Source of the DNA: Paraspadella gotoi
Taxonomy: Eukaryota > Animalia > Chaetognatha
Length of the DNA stretch: 64,000 nucleotides
Reading direction: 5' to 3'
NCBI GenBank assembly: GCA_051294375.1
Contig: CM119263.1
Coordinates: 29,587,503-29,651,502 of the forward strand
The notes under the pieces are model-generated. The model saw nothing but the letters and a program-made list of their open reading frames with translations, was not told the origin of the DNA and ran no database searches. Both the position numbers and the translations under genes were made by a program. Positions 27,101 to 40,630 of this stretch are shown in pieces; within the stretch, counting starts at the first letter, position 1, and the number at the start of each line of letters is the position of its first letter.

Positions 27101-27472
27101 AGTGTGAGAGTGTGGAAGGTTTAGTGTGGAAGAGAGAGGACTGTGAAGTGTGGGAGTGTGGGAGGTTTAGTGTGGTAGAGAGGGAACTGTGAAGTGTGGG
27201 AGTGTGGGAGATTTAGTGTGGGAGAGAGGGGACTTTGAAGTGTGGAGGTGTGGGAGGTTTAGTCTGGTAGAGAGGGGACTGTGAAGTGTGGAAGTGGGGG
27301 AGTTTTAGTGTGGGAGAAAGGGGACAGTGAAGTGTGGGAGTGTGGGAGATTTAGTGTGGAAGAGAGGGTACTTTGAAGTGTGGAGGTGTGGGAGGTTTAG
27401 TGTGGAAGAGAGGGGACTGTGAATTTTGGGAGTGTGGGAGGTTTCGTGTGGGAGAGAGGGGACTGTAAAGTG
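27101..27472 (+). repeat. 46 bp G-rich minisatellite, ~8 copies
   Basis: Unit ctgtgaagtgtgggagtgtgggaggtttagtgtggtagagagggaa. Confidence 0.9.
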
Positions 27473-28578
27473 CTTACTGTCTCGTTTTGAAGTGAACAAA
27501 GTGTGGATAGTAGGGGCCGGAGTGTGAGCGGCATTGAGAGACTGTGTCTCGCATTGCAAGAGAACAGAAGAAGCCCGTGAGAGGCTTTGCGCGACTGTTA
27601 AAGTGTGTGGGAAGCAATGATCATGAAAGGCTGTGAGAGGCTGTGAGTGGTTATGTGAGTTTTGTGAGAAGCGGAGAGAGGCTGTGAAAAGTTGATGGCT
27701 TCGGAGAAAACGATTGGACCAAGTGAGGAATTCCTCTGAGAAGAAATTGGTGAGTGTGACGACCCGGGTAAGTTCGAGTGACTTTTGGCGGGAATAATAA
27801 GAAGACGAACTATGACCGACCAATGAAGAAGGTCAACTACTATTACTAAATGTGGAATTATCGCTAAAGATTTGAGCAAACTAATTAGGTAAATATTGTC
27901 GAAGCGACCTTTATGGTTTACAGCGCTGTTCCTATAAAACGAGTCGGCTACAATGCAGAACCCCGCAAATCTTTTTCATAACGCCGTCCTCGGCGCCGCA
28001 AAGAAAAAAAGAGAATCAGTTCCGGCGCGGCGCCGCTTTGATTGATTCCGTCTTCTTCGATGGCATAAAAGTGATGGACTCGGGTTATTAATTGATAAGC
28101 AACTTTCGCTCTCGAATCTCGTAAACTTTAATTGTTATTGTTTCTCATCGACGTCGCTTTATCTCTTTCTTTCCCCCCCCCCGAGGAAATAATATTACCT
28201 TTTTACTTTTTACGGTATCTATTCAATTATTAAAATGTTAGAGGGAGTTTCTTATCAGTTTATGTTTCGCTGGCGTTTATTTTTAGAAATAATTACATTT
28301 GATTATAAGACTTGTGTTCCTTTTTGTTCCTTTTTCTTTCTTGTTCCTTTAAAATTTATTTTTTTCCCTTTATTCCTATCCCTTTTTTTGTAATTCTTTT
28401 CCTTAATTCTTTTACTTTTATTTGTTCCCCTTCTCTTTTCTTTTCTTTTTCCTTTGTTCTCCTTTTCTTTTCTTTTCCCTTCTTTTTCCTTTCTTCTCCT
28501 TACCTTTTTTTTCCGTGAAAACATTTGTCTCTCGATTCTGTCGCAGAAACGCAGCTGAGGGCCGATGCTGAATTTCTT

Positions 28579-28672
<94 letters not shown>

Positions 28673-29562
28673 CCTCTCTGCAGCCCGACCTGTGACGTTT
28701 GACACACATTGAACTTTTAGTTTTTAATTTTTAGCTTGTTTTTGTTTGTTGTTTTGAAACTCTCTCTGTTCTCTCTCTCTCTCTCTCTCTTACCCTTGCT
28801 CCTTCTCGCGAGGATAAACTTGTTAATCAAGCGCGGTTCTCTAATCCAGAGTTTCTCCCACCTGGGTCAAAACCGTTTCCCTCTCTTCTCTCTCTCTCTC
28901 TCGTCTCTCTCTCTCTCTCTCTCTTCTCTCTCCTCCTCTCTCTCTTATCTCAAACTCCCTTTTAATTTGATCTCTCTTGCTTTTCTCTTTTAATTTTAAT
29001 TTTCTCAAACTTTCCCTTTTTTCTGTTCTATTATCTGCCTCATTTCTCTTCCTTTTTTCCCTTTTTATTACTCTACATTACATTACGTTACATTATATTA
29101 CATCCACCAACATCTTCCTACCTTTTATTTCTGTCAATCGATTTTCTTTACTCGTGATTCCGTATTTTACTCTTTTTTTTTCTTTTCCTTCCTTCTTTCC
29201 TTCCTCCCTTCGTTCCACGCAATTCTTTATCGTCTCCTTTTCTCTTTATCTTTCTTTACTTCCTCCCTCCCTCTCTCCTTCTTTCTTTTCCTTCTTCCCT
29301 TTCTCCTTTCTCCCTCCCTCTCTCCTTCTTTTCTTTCCTATCTCCCTTTCTCCTCTCTCCCTCTCTCCCTCTTTTATTTCCTCCCTAATTTTCTCCTCCC
29401 TCCCTTTTTCATTCTTTCCTTTCCTCCCTCCCTTTTTCCTCCTTTCCCCTCTCTCTCCTTCTTTTCTTTCATCCCTCTCTCCCCCTATCTTCCCCTCTCC
29501 AGGGTCAAACAGCCATCGCGTTTCGTCAAACGGAATTCCGACGTGATCGACCGCGAGGTTCC

Positions 29563-29790
29563 AATGCAAAGGGATGTGATGGAAAAGTGAAAATAGTTTT
29601 AATGGAATTTAGTCTTAATGCAAAGGGATGTGATGGAAAAGTGAAAATAGTTTTAATGGAATTTAGTCTTAATGCAAAGGGATGTGATGGAAAAGTAAAG
29701 ATAGTTTGTATGGAATTACTTTAAAGCAAAAGGATGTGGTGGAAAAGTGAAAGGAGTTTGATTGGAATTTAGTTTTTATGGAAAGGGATG
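29563..29790 (+). repeat. 54 bp tandem repeat, ~4 copies
   Basis: Unit aatgcaaagggatgtgatggaaaagtgaaaatagttttaatggaatttagtctt. The first two copies are identical. Confidence 0.9.
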
Positions 29791-29937
29791 CAGAGCCAAA
29801 GGTTTTAATTGAATTGAGTTTTTAAAAAAGTAAGGAAGTGATGGAAAAGTTTTAATGGAAAAAAAGGTTCATTGAAAATTAGATAAAATTGGTTTCGTGA
29901 AATAGGAAACCAGAAAATCTTTTCAAAAAAAAAAAAA

Positions 29938-30524
29938 NNNNNNNNNNNNNNNNNNNNNNNNNNNNNNNNNNNNNNNNNNNNNNNNNNNNNNNNNNNNNNN
30001 NNNNNNNNNNNNNNNNNNNNNNNNNNNNNNNNNNNNNNNNNNNNNNNNNNNNNNNNNNNNNNNNNNNNNNNNNNNNNNNNNNNNNNNNNNNNNNNNNNNN
30101 NNNNNNNNNNNNNNNNNNNNNNNNNNNNNNNNNNNNNNNNNNNNNNNNNNNNNNNNNNNNNNNNNNNNNNNNNNNNNNNNNNNNNNNNNNNNNNNNNNNN
30201 NNNNNNNNNNNNNNNNNNNNNNNNNNNNNNNNNNNNNNNNNNNNNNNNNNNNNNNNNNNNNNNNNNNNNNNNNNNNNNNNNNNNNNNNNNNNNNNNNNNN
30301 NNNNNNNNNNNNNNNNNNNNNNNNNNNNNNNNNNNNNNNNNNNNNNNNNNNNNNNNNNNNNNNNNNNNNNNNNNNNNNNNNNNNNNNNNNNNNNNNNNNN
30401 NNNNNNNNNNNNNNNNNNNNNNNNNNNNNNNNNNNNNNNNNNNNNNNNNNNNNNNNNNNNNNNNNNNNNNNNNNNNNNNNNNNNNNNNNNNNNNNNNNNN
30501 NNNNNNNNNNNNNNNNNNNNNNNN
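29938..30524. other. Assembly gap (largest of nine N runs)
   Basis: Other gaps: 1144-1278, 1955-1979, 36498-36507, 43232-43448, 43710-43811, 48503-48527, 49358-49382, 60352-60561. Confidence 0.99.
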
Positions 30525-31716
30525 AAGAGAGGAGGATTCATGCATCTCTTGATGGAAACCGGATATTGCGTTTAGCCTCTGTTTCGGCTTCTATCGACGG
30601 AGACCAAGCGGTTTTTCTAGGCGGGGGAAGAGAAGGGAGAGTGGGGAGGAGGAAGAGATGGGGGGAGAGAGAGGGGGAAGAAGGGAGAGAAAAAAGAAGG
30701 AGAGGGAGAGAATGTGATTGTGAGAAAGAGAGAGATAGAGAAAAAAGGGGATTGAATGAGATTTAATTGATCGGAACGAAATAAGTTTTTATTTCTCTTT
30801 TCATTTTCTTTTTTTTCGGGGGTGGCATTTCTAGGGGGGGAAGTGGGGCAGGAGGATGGGAAGTGGGGTAGGGGGAAGCTGGGGCAGTGGGAGGGGCGTT
30901 GAAACGAAATTTCTATTTTTTAATGATTCGATTTTCGGTGCAAAATGATTTTTTTAGGGTGAAACGAGTATTTTTTTTGGGGAGGGTTTTTGCAGGGTTA
31001 TGTGGATAAAATAGGTTTTTGTGGGTGAAATAAGTTTGGTGGGTAAAATACAGAATTTTTGTGGTCGGTTTTAAATAAGGAGTTTCAGTTGGTGAAATTA
31101 TTTACTGCGGTTAAATACGGATTTTATGGTGAGAATTTTTTTTGTGGGTGAAATACTTTTTTTTTTTTGGTTGAAGGCAATCGAGGGAAGAAATCTTTTT
31201 CACAGTTGAAACAGCAAAGACTTGGAAAAGCCAGGATTTGGGAGGAAAGGAAAAGGAGGAAAAGGGAGGAAAGGAGGAAAGAAAAGAAAAGAGAGGAAAA
31301 AAGGAGAAGCGGTGGAGGAAAGGGAAAAAAATGGGAAAAATGGAAAAACGAAGAAAAGGGCTGGAATAGTTATTAGTTGGTTTTCGGTCTGTCGGTCCGT
31401 CGGTCGGTCGGTGGGTATGTCTGTCGGTCGGTCTGTCCCACTTACGTTAAAAATATATATAATTTGCCTCAAATCTAAGGGACTGCTTTCGCCGCCTTCA
31501 GGAAATAAAGTCACAGCGACGCAACACACTGGATGAACCGATCCTGTTTTTTTTTTTTGAGTGACGATTATGAAAGAGAAAAATAGAGGAAAGAAAGAAA
31601 AGAAGAAAGAAATTTTTGAATTTTGAGTCGGGAAGGTATGAAGGAAAATATTAAGACAAATTGTCGCTTGACGAGGATGGTATTAGTAATTGGGTTTAGA
31701 GGGTGAGAACTATTAT

Positions 31717-31754
<38 letters not shown>

Positions 31755-31885
31755 ATAAAAAGTAAATACTAAAAAGTAATTACTGTATATATCTCGATTA
31801 TCTCAAAACGACTGTACCCCTAGTAACGGTGACTTGAAAACTACCAACACCACCCTAAATGTTCACCACCCCCCATTCCCACCGG

Positions 31886-32828
31886 CGTCGAAACCACCTC
31901 CGCCATCGAAACCACCTCCGCCATCGAAACCACCTCCGCCGTCGAAACCACCTCCACCGTCCGAAACACCTCACCGTCAAAACCACCTCCACCATTGGAA
32001 ACCACCTCCACCGTCGAAACCACCTCCACTGTCAAACCAATCTCCACTGTCGAAACCACCTCCACCGTCGAAACCACGCTCCAACCGTCGAAACCACCTC
32101 CACGCGTCGAAACCACCTCCGCCGTCGAAACCACCTCCGCCGTCAAAACAACCTCCGCCGTCGAAAACCAACCTCCACCATCGAATCCACCTCCGCCATG
32201 GAAACCATCTCCGCCGTCGAAACCCACTCCGACGTCCGAAACCACCTCCGCCGTCGAAACCAACCTCGCCGTCGAAACACCTCCACCATCGAAACTACCC
32301 TCCACGTAAACCACCTCCGCGTCGAAACCACCTCCGCCGTCAAAACCACCTCCGACGTCGAAACAACCACCTCCGCCGTCAAAACCACCTCCGCCATCAA
32401 AACCACCTCCACCGTCGAAACACCTTCCACCGTCGAAACCACCTCCGCCACAAAGCCTCCCGACCACCTCCGCCGTCAAAACCACCTCCACGAAACCACC
32501 TCCGCCGTCGAAACCACCTCCGCCGTCAAAACCACCTCCGCCGTCGAAAACCAACCTCCACCATCGAAACCACCTCCGCCGTCGAAACCACCTCCGCCGT
32601 CAAAAACCACCTCCGCCGTCGAAACCACCTCCACCGTCAAAACCACCTCGTCGTCGAAACTACCTCCACCGTCGAAACGCACCTCCACCGTCAGAACCAC
32701 CTCCACGTCGAAACCACCTCCGCCTCCGAACCACCTCCGCCGCGAAACGCACCTCCACCGTCGAAAAACACCTCCGCCGTCGAAACATCTCAAAACCCCT
32801 CCGCCGTCGAAACCACCTCCGCCATCGA
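31886..32828 (+). repeat. 18 bp minisatellite (tcgaaaccacctccgccg)n, ~50 copies; reads (SKPPPP)n on plus or (GGGGFD)n on minus
   Basis: Direct reading. Scattered 1-bp indels break the frame. Confidence 0.92.
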
Positions 32829-32882
32829 CAGATCACAGAGCGTAAATTTCAATTTCCTTCCAAGTAAAAGAATTTTTAAAAA

Positions 32883-32930
<48 letters not shown>

Positions 32931-33031
32931 AATGGAATTTCTTTGTAGCGAGAATTAATAATGGAAGGGAATCGTTCGTCGTAAATGGGGCATTGTATTA
33001 CGCGACATTAGCAGATGTAAAAATCGAAACA

Positions 33032-33093
<62 letters not shown>

Positions 33094-33587
33094 AAGTGAG
33101 AGAGAGAGAGAAGGAAGATAGAGAGAGAAAGTGAGAGAGAGAGTGATGAGAGAGAGAGAGAGAGACAATAACGGATCAGTCTTCCTTTATCCTTCGTTTT
33201 CAGGATTTTCATTGTTGGAAGAATTTTTTGTCGTCAAAGTTTTCATTTTTTTCCTTTATTTATTTTTTTTATTAAACACAATAAACAAGAAAACAATAAA
33301 CATTACAAAAAAATAAAACAGAAAAATTTAAAAAAATTAAAATCAATAGTTAAGGGATTAGATCTAAGATTAAAACACCGGTTCATGATTCAAATCGTTT
33401 GGAGGTCTTAAAAAATTAAATATTTTTTATTTTTTTGATTTAATTTGATTTAAATGAACATTTGATAGGGTATTGCACAAAAACTTTAGAAATACTAGAT
33501 TTTCTTCATTCTATGGTTTTAAACCTTATATTAAGCCTAACGAAGTGTACTTTAATCGTTAACTCCAAGTTTGACTTTAAATATTTG

Positions 33588-34315
33588 ATTTACGCCAACT
33601 GATTTACGTCAATTTGGAGTAACGTTTCTGCCTCCTTACTGCTGTCAAGGATATTCAACAACAATTTTTGAAAATGCTTTTTTCTAATTAAGTATACATT
33701 GTTGTATTGGATTCAGATTGATTCTTTTTTTTTTACGTGTTTGTTGGCGCTGGTGGCGTAAAAACTACGCCAAAACATATATATTTCCTAATTACATATG
33801 TGGCGTTAATGATTTTTCAAAAAAATATTAAAATATATAAAGTTAAATAATTGTTAAATGTTTATATTTAAATTTTTAAAAGAATTGTGGCGTAAAATGG
33901 CGTGAAATGAAGGTAAAACCGTTTAAAATGATATCATGATGTGGCGTAAAGACTTTCTGATTGTTTCTAGTAAAAGCTATTCAGTTTAAGTGGTTTTAAA
34001 AGATTTATCTGGCCTCTTTTTATACAGATGTGGCGTAGAATGGCGTAAAATGAACAAAAAAAGCATATAAATATTATTAATTCCGTGGCGTAAAGACTTT
34101 TTGTTTATTTTATAGTAAAAACTACTCGGTTAAGTTGCTTTAAATATTTTTCCGACCTTTTTTTAAATTGTTTGGCGTAGAATGGCGTAAAATGAACAGA
34201 AAACCATATAATATCATTTAATTTTGTGGCGTTAAAACTTTGTTTCATTTTCCAAATAAAACTATTAAGTTAAGATGCTTTGGCGTAGAATGGCGTAAAT
34301 TGACGTAAAACTAAG
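33588..34315. mobile_element. Candidate non-autonomous DNA element with inverted subterminal motifs and internal ~142 bp tandem repeats
   Basis: tttacgcca and tttacgtcaattt at ~33590-33615 are inverted relative to tggcgtaaattgacgtaaa at ~34291-34309. A unit starting tggcgta(g/a)aatggcgt recurs at ~33888, ~34031, ~34173 and ~34281. Confidence 0.5.
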
Positions 34316-34490
34316 CCACTTTATCCCCTTATCTCTTTCCCCTTCCTCCTTTTCTTTTCTCTTTTATTTTTATACAATCTCCGATTCAAAGTCGATTATT
34401 TTTCGGTTTTAATTCTTTAAAAATCAAAGAAAAAACGAATACCGAAAATAAATCTCAAATCATAGATAAAAAGAAACAAAGATACTAAAC

Positions 34491-35242
34491 CATCACGCAT
34501 AAAATGGGTATATTTTTTCGCAATCGAGTAAACAAAAAGATTTCGGAATCTTCTTTACCGTTTTTTTAAATTTCAGATTTTTTTTAAAATTTCTTTTTCC
34601 TTAATTTTTTCTTTTTTTTTTCTCAATTCTTTTTTCTCAATTTTTTTTCAAACAATTAATTCCTAATTACTTATTGCATAAAAAGGTTTTTATTCAATAG
34701 TTCATACAAAATATCGAGATTGGTTTTTTTTATTAAACATTGCATTCGAAATTCAAATCATTTCAAATCAGATGAAAAGGATGAAAATCAAGAGAGAGAC
34801 AGTGAGAGAGAGAGAGAGAAAGAGAGAAGAGAGACTCTCTAAGAACTTCTTCAAGTTCAAAGCAAACATCTTGTTAAGGTATAGTTGCCGCTAAAAAAAC
34901 CATTTTCAGCAGAATATTGGAGTCCGGTATCAATAGAATCTAAAATTTATGATAAAAAGACAGAATTTATCGAAAAGGAAAGTAAAAACAACTAAATATG
35001 TTCTCAAAGATTTTCAAGAAAGACTGTTCTCATTTTGTGCGGGCCATTACCGTGAGACATATCCATGAATTTCAGTAACGAGTTGAAAGGTCATTTCATC
35101 CTCTTGAATTCGCCGTATGCGAACGAAAAATTTGTTCAGGGGAAAATCAATAAATGAAGAAAATATCACTTAATTCGCGAATTCCAACGCGGTAAACGTT
35201 TAAACTATTCCTTTTCGGTTTTACCCCATTTTATGCGTGATG
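34491..35242. mobile_element. Candidate MITE, 752 bp, with ~18 bp terminal inverted repeats
   Basis: CATCACGCATAAAATGGG at 34491 and its exact reverse complement CCCATTTTATGCGTGATG ending at 35242. Both ends are flanked by AC (possible 2-bp TSD). No ORF. Confidence 0.55.
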
Positions 35243-36326
35243 ACATAAAACCAGTGGACCAATTTTAATAAAAGTATCAGAAATTGTGGATCAATAATGG
35301 GTCGTTTGGTTTATGTTTGAAATTTGTTAAAAATAAAGACTATAATAAAGATATACCCATTATAATAATTACAAGTATCATGTATATTAAGCAATGAGAA
35401 TGGTTGTAAGCTGAAAAAAAGCATGATAAATCTTAAGATCATAATAAATATATTATATCAGTTTCATACATATTGATGATTCATAGGCCTTAATATACAG
35501 TAGGAAACAATATATAAAATGACTATCGCCAGAAATGCTACTGGCGCATTTTTGCGCATCATTTTTGGGAATTATCAATGATAAATACCTTGAGAGTAAA
35601 TACATTTGCATCTCCTATAACCAGAGGTTTTGCGAGGAAAGCCTAGTTTTTGCGCTACAAAAAAAGAAATATTGCTTTCTGTACTATTCCAATATTTTTA
35701 TTATTTGAAAGATTCTTTTTCGGTTTTTAGTTAGAGTTACGCTTACGCTTCGTATATTCAAAAATAAAATTTTTCTTTTCAGTATTTTCCATACAGTAAA
35801 TATTTCAAAAAGCCTTGTTTTTTGGTATCAAATTCCCTATTATTTTTCGGCCGATAGGAGAAATAAAAATTTCGTCGAATACTGCTAATCCCTACATTTG
35901 ATGAAGAATCGTCTATCGAAATTTGGAAAGTTAAATTTAAAGATAAAAATCTTCTGATGAAAAATAGAAAAATTATCGTCTCGCGTAAAAAAAAAAAAAA
36001 AAAATCGGGCGACGACAAGAATAAAATCAACTTCTGTCACTACAACACGTCCCTTTCATTGTCAAAGACAAAGACAAAGACAAAGAAACTGATTCCCTTC
36101 CCCTCTCGCCTGGCGCCTGTCATGATTATCAGTCGCCTGTTAGAGGGAGTTGTTTTTGCAGCCAGGCGCCTGTAATGGGTAACTGTACTGAATCTTTTTG
36201 GGTCAAATCAGACGATGACTCTATCTCTGCTAACCAACGAATTTCAATATCTATTTTTAATTAAAATTGATTTTTTTTCATTTTGAATATATCTGTTTTC
36301 GGGAGAGTACAAAGAATATTGGTATT

Positions 36327-36398
<72 letters not shown>

Positions 36399-36928
36399 CA
36401 GACAACCGCATCGGGAAATCTTCTTAATTTGACAGAGTCAATTTTTCCTTTAAGACGAAAATAATCTCTTTTCCGCTGTCATCAAAGTCGTCGTCGTNNN
36501 NNNNNNNGTCGTCGTCGTCGTCTTACTTCTATCCTCCTCAATATCATTCTATCTCCTCTTCTATATCCTCTTCTATCTCTTCTGTCTCCTCTTCTATCTC
36601 CTCTCATTTCGTTATTGAAAACAGTAAATTTACGTGGAGATAAAAAGATTCAAATCATGATAGAAACATTGAGGTTGTTTTAAGTATCACATTAAAAAAT
36701 GAACAATTAAGCGGCTATCGTCATTTTCACACACTCACCCCTTCTCTCTCCAACGCCCCACCAATCCAACCAACGCCCTCCCTCTCCCCCAATCTTCCCA
36801 ATTTTTCCCAGGATAGATCTCAATTCCGCTCCTCATTTTCCCCGCCCTCTTTTTGCTCCTTTTAATCCCTTGGCTCCTTTTAATCCTTTGCTCCATTTCA
36901 TTCTTTGCTCTTTTTTTCTCTGTCCGCC

Positions 36929-36970
<42 letters not shown>

Positions 36971-37165
36971 TCTCTCTCTCTCTCCTCTCTCTCTCTCTCT
37001 ATCTCTCTCTCTCTTCTCTCTCTCCCACTCTCCAAAACCGACAGGCCCCATTTCTCGCTATCTGATTGGTTCGTGAGATCTTCCATCCTCGTCCAATCAA
37101 AAAAGTTCTTTTCATCCAACTTTTTTTTTCTTGATTCCGAATTCAGAGGAAGACCTTTTTAATCT

Positions 37166-37247
<82 letters not shown>

Positions 37248-38699
37248 CTTTTCATGCTTGCTAGGGAAGGGTTTCTTTGTATCGGTTTCCCTTCTGCTTG
37301 CTTTGGAAACGGTTTTCTTGGTAACTCTTTATGCTTGGTAAAAGATTGATTCTTTGTGCCAGAATCTTTTCTACATCATAGTTTTTTATTTATATTTTTT
37401 TTATCAATTCCTGCTTAGTATGAAGCAATTGATTGTATCACACGCACTCTCTCTAAATGCTTGGTTGAAACTTAAATTCACCAAATCTTCACTTAGTGTT
37501 GTGAATTCACTTTTGGGTCGAGACGTGATTTCACTGTTTGTCTTTCCTATTTTCACTCTTGTCGTATTTTCAAACGGATTTCAAATTTCCGTTGGCAAAT
37601 TTTTCCCCATTTTCTGCCTTTGAATGTTTTAATTCTTGCCGATTTTCTTGATAATAATTTCGATTACATGCCAGTGTCATGAAATGGCGTTATAATTTTT
37701 GTTTATGACATTCCTCGTCATTGATACTGTCATTAATTGCCATTGACTGCCATTGTCACTAATTGCCATTTTCTGCCATATTGCTATTGACTGTCACCGT
37801 TATTAATTGACAGTCTTTTCCACTGTTAAAAATTGCCATTCTTCGCCCTTGCCATTAATAGCCATTCCCCGCCATTGCCATTAATTGCCATTCTCTGCCA
37901 TTTTATTACAGATTCCGTTCGACCTCGGAGTTTATGGCGACCGCGTTTGATCTACATTCTGTCGATTAAGGTCACGACGAAAACTTCGCCTTCGGGCCGC
38001 GGCGAACGACGGCGAACGACGGCGAACGACGAAGGGGCGACGGCGAATTCGATTGGTCTCCCAGCGACGACGATAAACTGTATATATCGCCGTATATGTC
38101 GGTTTATCGTTTGATCGTGAGCGGCATTCGGAACGGTATCTGTCGTTCTTTGAACAGTATCGATCAGTATAAAGCTGATTATAAATAAACAGTCGGTGTT
38201 TCACACTGAAGAAGAAAAAAAAGAGAAAAGAAAAAAAAAAGAAAAAATAAACAGCAACTTGCGGTTTTGTTCAGGACTTCAGGTGTCATTTTTCAGTCTC
38301 ACTACTAAAATATACTTAGCTTATCAGTAGGCAGGCATTGAGCCAAGTTCGCCCAGCCTTGAAACGTGACACCTTCACTTGTGACACGATTGCTCAACCC
38401 ATGACCATTAGGTACCAGGATCTATCCCTCGACACAATGGAGCACACCTAAATGCCCAAAAAATTATTCCCCCTTTGGGCCAATGGGCATACTTGATATA
38501 TAGAGGCTATCCCTTGGTATGACTCCCCGGCGTCGCCAATCGCCACCCGCCAGGCTTTTATTCTGACGGTCTACTTGTAGGGAAGCGAGAGGACGGCCGT
38601 ACATCGCTTTAGGGGCTCAAGCCCAGAACAGAAGATAGAGCTATTAATGCAGGATTTACATGTCCTTGTTATATACATTTTCATATTCATATTCATATT

Positions 38700-38746
38700 C
38701 ACCAGTCTCTTCGGAGGCGTGGGTTCGAATCTCACCGCTGCGACCA
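38700..38746 (+). pseudogene. 3' half of tRNA-Leu (NAG family) ending in CCA
   Basis: CACCAGTCTCTTCGGAGGCGTGGGTTCGAATCTCACCGCTGCGA-CCA matches the anticodon 3' strand, variable arm, T-arm and acceptor 3' strand of animal tRNA-Leu(AAG/TAG). No 5' half is found upstream. Confidence 0.85.
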
Positions 38747-40286
38747 CATTTAAGTAAAGTCGATTTTATTCTCAGAAAAGTCAGAAGCAAAGACGGTGTC
38801 AGAATTTGAGACAGATGGATTCAGTACAAAATTTATACAGGTCAATCGGATCATCGACACGGGCTCGTTTTCCCCTTGGGCATGAAGCCCGTCTTCTCAT
38901 TGGTCCGATTCGACGATGATTCATCCAATCAGAGAGTCCTCGTTAGATTTATTCCGAGTCGCGGATCAGATTTCATCTGCGATTATCAATCATATCAGAT
39001 TTTCCATTTTCATTATCCTAGTTCATCTCAGTTTTCCATTTACCACATTTTTTCTCCTTTTTTTTTCAGCGACACTTTTTTCCATTTGGCTGCCGATTAA
39101 CCGACTTTTCCTCACCTCGCATTTCGCTTTTATACTCTTTGCCTTACCTTTTAGACTCTGCGACGACGAAATTAAGGCCGTTGAGGACGACGACGAACGA
39201 CGAACACGACGACGACGAACACGACGACGACGAACGACGGACGACGACGATGACGACGACGAACGACGACGACGACCAAACACATAACCAGATCGACGTC
39301 TTTTCAATGTCGCGATGTTTATCAGTTTTTTTATTAGCCTTTTTATATCCGCCTCTCTTTTTTTTTTATCAGTTTTTTTATCAGTCTTTTTATCACTTTA
39401 TTTACGAGGAAACCCTTTTCCTAGAAATAATCATTAACGTGGAGTTTAACTCTTTTTTTTTTCTTCGCCGAAAGTGGGCGTGACTGCGTGAAGAGAGAGA
39501 GCGTCGTGAAAAAAAAAACTTGAAAGAGCGAATCGTCATAAAACTAAAACATTAATCGTGAAAATATTCTTGAAAGATAAATCACCGAACGACGGAGGGA
39601 AAAAAAATAATCACGGAAAATCGACGAAATTCACCGAAACGCGTGAGACTGAACCCAATAATTCACATCGAACGATCACATCTGACCAAAAAATAAGAAC
39701 AAAACGTTATTAATGAAAGACGAACAAATGAAGCTCCAACCAAAAAAAAAAAATATCAATAATTTTTTTTATGCTGAGAGAATGTTGCTTCTTCCCTTTT
39801 TGGGAATAGAAAGCAGGGAAGAAATAAAGGGCATGGAGGATAGGGCTTTGCTTGTTAAGGCATACTCTAGAAAAGTCTAGGTCATGGTCGGTCTTAGATT
39901 GTGGGCGTGTTAATTACAAAGAGAGGCAGATAGTTGGGAGAAACGGGCAGAGACGGTTGGCCAGAATTGGCGAGATTTGCCGGGTCGGGTGGAGCGGAAT
40001 TGGTAAGGAATTAGAGAAGCTCAAAATTATAGGAGTTTCAGGTACTAAAAAAGACGGACAGCCGCGGGTAATTCTTTCAAACGCTAGAAAAAAAAAAGAA
40101 ACTGAAAAAAACGAATTTCAACTGAGGCCGAAAAAAAATAAACGAAAGAGTAAAAAAAAAAAAAAAAGAAAAAAAAACTTGTAAAAATAAAAATCGTCGT
40201 TAGAAAGAAAAACCCAAGAGAGGCGAACGCCGTCGGTGACCGCAAATAAACGTCAGGGAACCATTACTTCCTTTGGGGAAAGAGAG

Positions 40287-40357
<71 letters not shown>

Positions 40358-40476
40358 CGAGCGCTGAAAAGGAGAGCGCTTCGTCCAAAAAATGGCACTT
40401 AGCTCCCATAACGCCAGGGCGCGTGCTGGCAACGTGTTGGCTTCGTGTACATGATCGTTCACGTGCGCGCAAAAAG

Positions 40477-40580
<104 letters not shown>

Positions 40581-40630
40581 TATGAAAACAGTTGCGCGCA
40601 GATAAACTTCAAGAAAGTGCAATCACAGAA

